DNA of 64,000 nucleotides from positions 96,001 through 160,000 of the forward strand of contig CAVXTH010000001.1 in the NCBI GenBank assembly GCA_963764625.1. The letters run 5' to 3'. Position numbers and translations under genes: made by a program. Under the pieces are notes generated by a model. The model was given only the letters and a program-made list of their open reading frames with translations. It searched no databases and had not been told where the DNA came from. Source of the stretch: Candidatus Krumholzibacteriota bacterium. GTDB lineage: Bacteria > Krumholzibacteriota > Krumholzibacteriia > JAJRXK01. This document shows, piece by piece, positions 61,838-64,000 of this stretch. The number at the start of each line of letters is the position of its first letter. Position 1 is the stretch's first letter.

Positions 61838-62662
61838 ATGACGAAGCAGGAACGCCGCTACGTGAAAAAAGATGGCGCGCCCCTCATGACCACGACTCTG
61901 TGGGATTATCGCTCGCAGAACTACCCCGGGAGTAAGCAGGGGAATCCGGAGTTTGAGGGAGCCACTCCCAGTTACATCATCTGGAATCTGCTGCAACGCT
62001 ACACGAAGCCCAAGTGGCTGGTGGTGGATCCGATGGCGGGAAGCGGCACCACCCTGGACGTAGCCCGCGATCTCTCCCGTCGCGCCCTGGGCTACGACCT
62101 GGAGCCCGTGCGCAAGGACATCTTTCGCGCCGACGCCCGGCACCTACCGCTCGAATCGGGGAAGGCGGATTTCGTCTTTCTCGACCCTCCCTATTCCACG
62201 CACCTCACATACTCCGAGAAGGACGAGTGCCTGGGCGAGCTCGACGCGCGCACGGGACCCGAGTACTACGCGGCCATGGAGAGCGTGGTCGCGGAGATGC
62301 ACCGGATACTGCGGCGCGATCGCTACATGGCTCTCTACGTGAGTGATTCCGCGCGCAAGAAAAAGAGCTTCGTTCCTCTGGGCTTCGAGATCTTCGCTCG
62401 CCTCCGGCGTCATTTCACCCCGGTGGATATCGTGGCGGTGGTTCGCCACAATCGCACTCTCAAACGAAATCACTGGCACGAGAGCGCGGCGGAAGGCGGA
62501 TTCTACCTGCGGGGCTTCAACTACCTCTTCATCATGAAGAAGGAACTTAGCGCCGCGAAGCCGGCAAGAGACACACAAAGCGGCGCGCCCAAGCGCAAAC
62601 GCAAGACCACCTCCAAACGCAAGACCACCTCCAAGAGACCCCGCCCCAAGTCGCGACCCTGA
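61838..62662 (+). CDS. Orphan N4/N6 amino-methyltransferase (DNA methylase / TRM11-like)
   Basis: DPMAGSGTT (SAM-binding), then DPPY; Lys/Arg-rich tail. Confidence 0.85.
   Translation: MTKQERRYVKKDGAPLMTTTLWDYRSQNYPGSKQGNPEFEGATPSYIIWNLLQRYTKPKWLVVDPMAGSGTTLDVARDLSRRALGYDLEPVRKDIFRADARHLPLESGKADFVFLDPPYSTHLTYSEKDECLGELDARTGPEYYAAMESVVAEMHRILRRDRYMALYVSDSARKKKSFVPLGFEIFARLRRHFTPVDIVAVVRHNRTLKRNHWHESAAEGGFYLRGFNYLFIMKKELSAAKPARDTQSGAPKRKRKTTSKRKTTSKRPRPKSRP
62597..62632 (+). repeat. 18-bp perfect tandem duplication in the methyltransferase tail
   Basis: aaacgcaagaccacctcc x2, encoding KRKTTS-KRKTTS. Confidence 0.85.
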
Positions 62663-62687
62663 ACCCCTCACCTCACGGAGCTTTGCC

Positions 62688-63260
62688 TTGAGTCTATCAC
62701 CATGGCCCATTCATCAGGACGACACTCTGGCCGATATGGGGATCTTCCAGCTTCATTCGGTGCGAGCGGAGAACCCGCGCACCGGCGAGACGCGAAAGCT
62801 GGCCCTCGTCACCACTCGTGACTGGGTGAACGTCATCCCTCTGACGGAGGACCACGAAGTAGTGTTGGTGCGACAGTGGCGTCACGGCACCCGCTCGATG
62901 ACGCTGGAAATCCCGGGTGGACTGGTCGACCCCGGCGAAGAACCGCGGAACGCCGCGGCACGGGAGGTTCGCGAGGAAACCGGCTACGCGGGACAAAAGC
63001 CCACTGAGTTGGGGGTGGTGCAGCCGAACCCCGCGTTCCTGGACAATCTCTGCCACACCTATCTCATCGAAGGTTGCCGGGAAGTGGGTGAGCTTCAGTT
63101 GGACGAGGGAGAGGACATCGAGGTGATCCGCATTCCTCTGGCCGAGATTCCCGGGCTCATCGCCGACGGCAACATTCAGCACGCCCTGGTGATCTGCGGC
63201 TTCTACTGGCTGGCGCGGAAGCGTCCGGAGCTCTTCGACGGCAACGGCGAACTCAGCTGA
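62688..63260 (+). CDS. NUDIX hydrolase (ADP-ribose pyrophosphatase-like)
   Basis: Nudix box GGLVDPGEEPRNAAAREVREETGY; RQWRH; PNP. Confidence 0.9.
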   Translation: MSLSPWPIHQDDTLADMGIFQLHSVRAENPRTGETRKLALVTTRDWVNVIPLTEDHEVVLVRQWRHGTRSMTLEIPGGLVDPGEEPRNAAAREVREETGYAGQKPTELGVVQPNPAFLDNLCHTYLIEGCREVGELQLDEGEDIEVIRIPLAEIPGLIADGNIQHALVICGFYWLARKRPELFDGNGELS

Positions 63261-63708
63261 GGCGCGAAGCAAAGAGGTAGAGGAGCAATAGCGCGAAAAG
63301 CAATGCGATTCCGCCCAGAATGAGAATGGCCGGTTGGATGGGACGCCGCTCGTCACCGGAGGCACGGGCCACGATCAGCGCCGCTATCACCACCACCACC
63401 GAGATGATCACCACCGCGAGCGGGAGCATCTGCTGCGCGCGGGGAATTGCTCCGCTCTGCAGTCCGAACACCGCCAGCCCCACAAGGAGCATGGCGACAA
63501 CCATGAGCGCCATGGCGACGCCCCCCCAGTTCCCGCGGGTACGAGGCTGGGCCGAGATGCTGGCGAGACGGAGAGCCGCGAAGACCTCGCGCTCGCTCGC
63601 ATCCGGATGCTGTTGGCGAAAGTCCCGGATCGCCGTGATCAGCTTCTGGGCGAGTTCGCGGGCGCGTGGTGAAGCGGGAGGGGTCACCGAGGACGGAATG
63701 AAGGTCAT
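63253..63708 (-). CDS. Hypothetical 3-TM membrane protein
   Basis: RBS AAGGAGG; N-terminal helical domain plus three hydrophobic helices. Confidence 0.7.
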   Translation of the reverse strand: MTFIPSSVTPPASPRARELAQKLITAIRDFRQQHPDASEREVFAALRLASISAQPRTRGNWGGVAMALMVVAMLLVGLAVFGLQSGAIPRAQQMLPLAVVIISVVVVIAALIVARASGDERRPIQPAILILGGIALLFALLLLYLFASRLS

Positions 63709-63809
63709 GACCGAAGCCTCCTTGGGCCAGAGTCCATGGTCTCGACTCTACACCAGGACCATGAGCCGGCAAGAGGCCGATTTCCGCGTTTCGCAAGAAG
63801 CCCGCGCGG

Positions 63810-64000
63810 CTAGGGAGCTTTGACCGCCCCCAGATCCCAGGCCGATCCCACACGCCCCTGCTGAAGGATGTCCCAACTCTGGTCGGTCACGCCGGGATCC
63901 CAGTTGGGATGCTGCGGGTAGGACAGAGCCGAGATTCCCGCGCCGATCGCGGGGGAGCCATCCGCAAGCGCGAACTTTCGCGCAATGTCCAGGACGCGGT
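63810..64000 (-). CDS. 3' end of a secreted beta-helix-type protein (partial)
   Basis: Manual translation ...FALADGSPAIGAG...WDLGAVKAP*, resembling the GSPAI...DLGA C-terminus of choice-of-anchor-Q-like proteins. Confidence 0.55.
   Translation of the reverse strand, partial: RVLDIARKFALADGSPAIGAGISALSYPQHPNWDPGVTDQSWDILQQGRVGSAWDLGAVKAP

Noticed and set aside
1-64000. Numerous long overlapping ORFs (e.g. 57179-58909, 23469-24998, 45221-46654) and possible CRISPR/tRNA/rRNA
   Set aside because: The long ORFs are antisense or alternate-frame shadows typical of high-GC DNA. No spaced repeat array or structural RNA gene was recognised by eye.

Overview
GC-rich bacterial chromosomal window of about 48 genes, mostly housekeeping and envelope functions. 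Its features point to an FCB-associated candidate lineage such as Krumholzibacteriota, Eisenbacteria or Latescibacterota (inference): a PorV/PorQ-family barrel, FlgD-Ig/T9SS-like C-terminal domains, and short '-S-x-G-x-x-K-A-x-F' C-termini. Many genes carry isolated 1-bp indels, most simply explained as long-read assembly errors. I saw no rRNA, tRNA, CRISPR array or transposase. Highlights: (1) a ~10-kb minus-strand run, lipoprotein > TonB-dependent receptor > PorV > NHL lipoprotein > RpiB > deoxynucleoside kinase > adenosine deaminase > purine nucleoside phosphorylase. Its RpiB carries what looks like a microcompartment encapsulation peptide, suggesting a nucleic-acid/nucleoside utilization locus feeding an SPU-type BMC. 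(2) SelD with an in-frame UGA (Sec) and a SECIS hairpin. (3) A recurrent intergenic CTAAG-N17-CTTAG dyad. (4) An AT-richer pseudogene island next to a DUF222-like/HNH gene. (5) A putative short C-terminal sorting motif. (6) An NYN-S1 fusion and a degenerate CHAT-like lipoprotein. All calls come from reading motifs by eye; no database searches were run.
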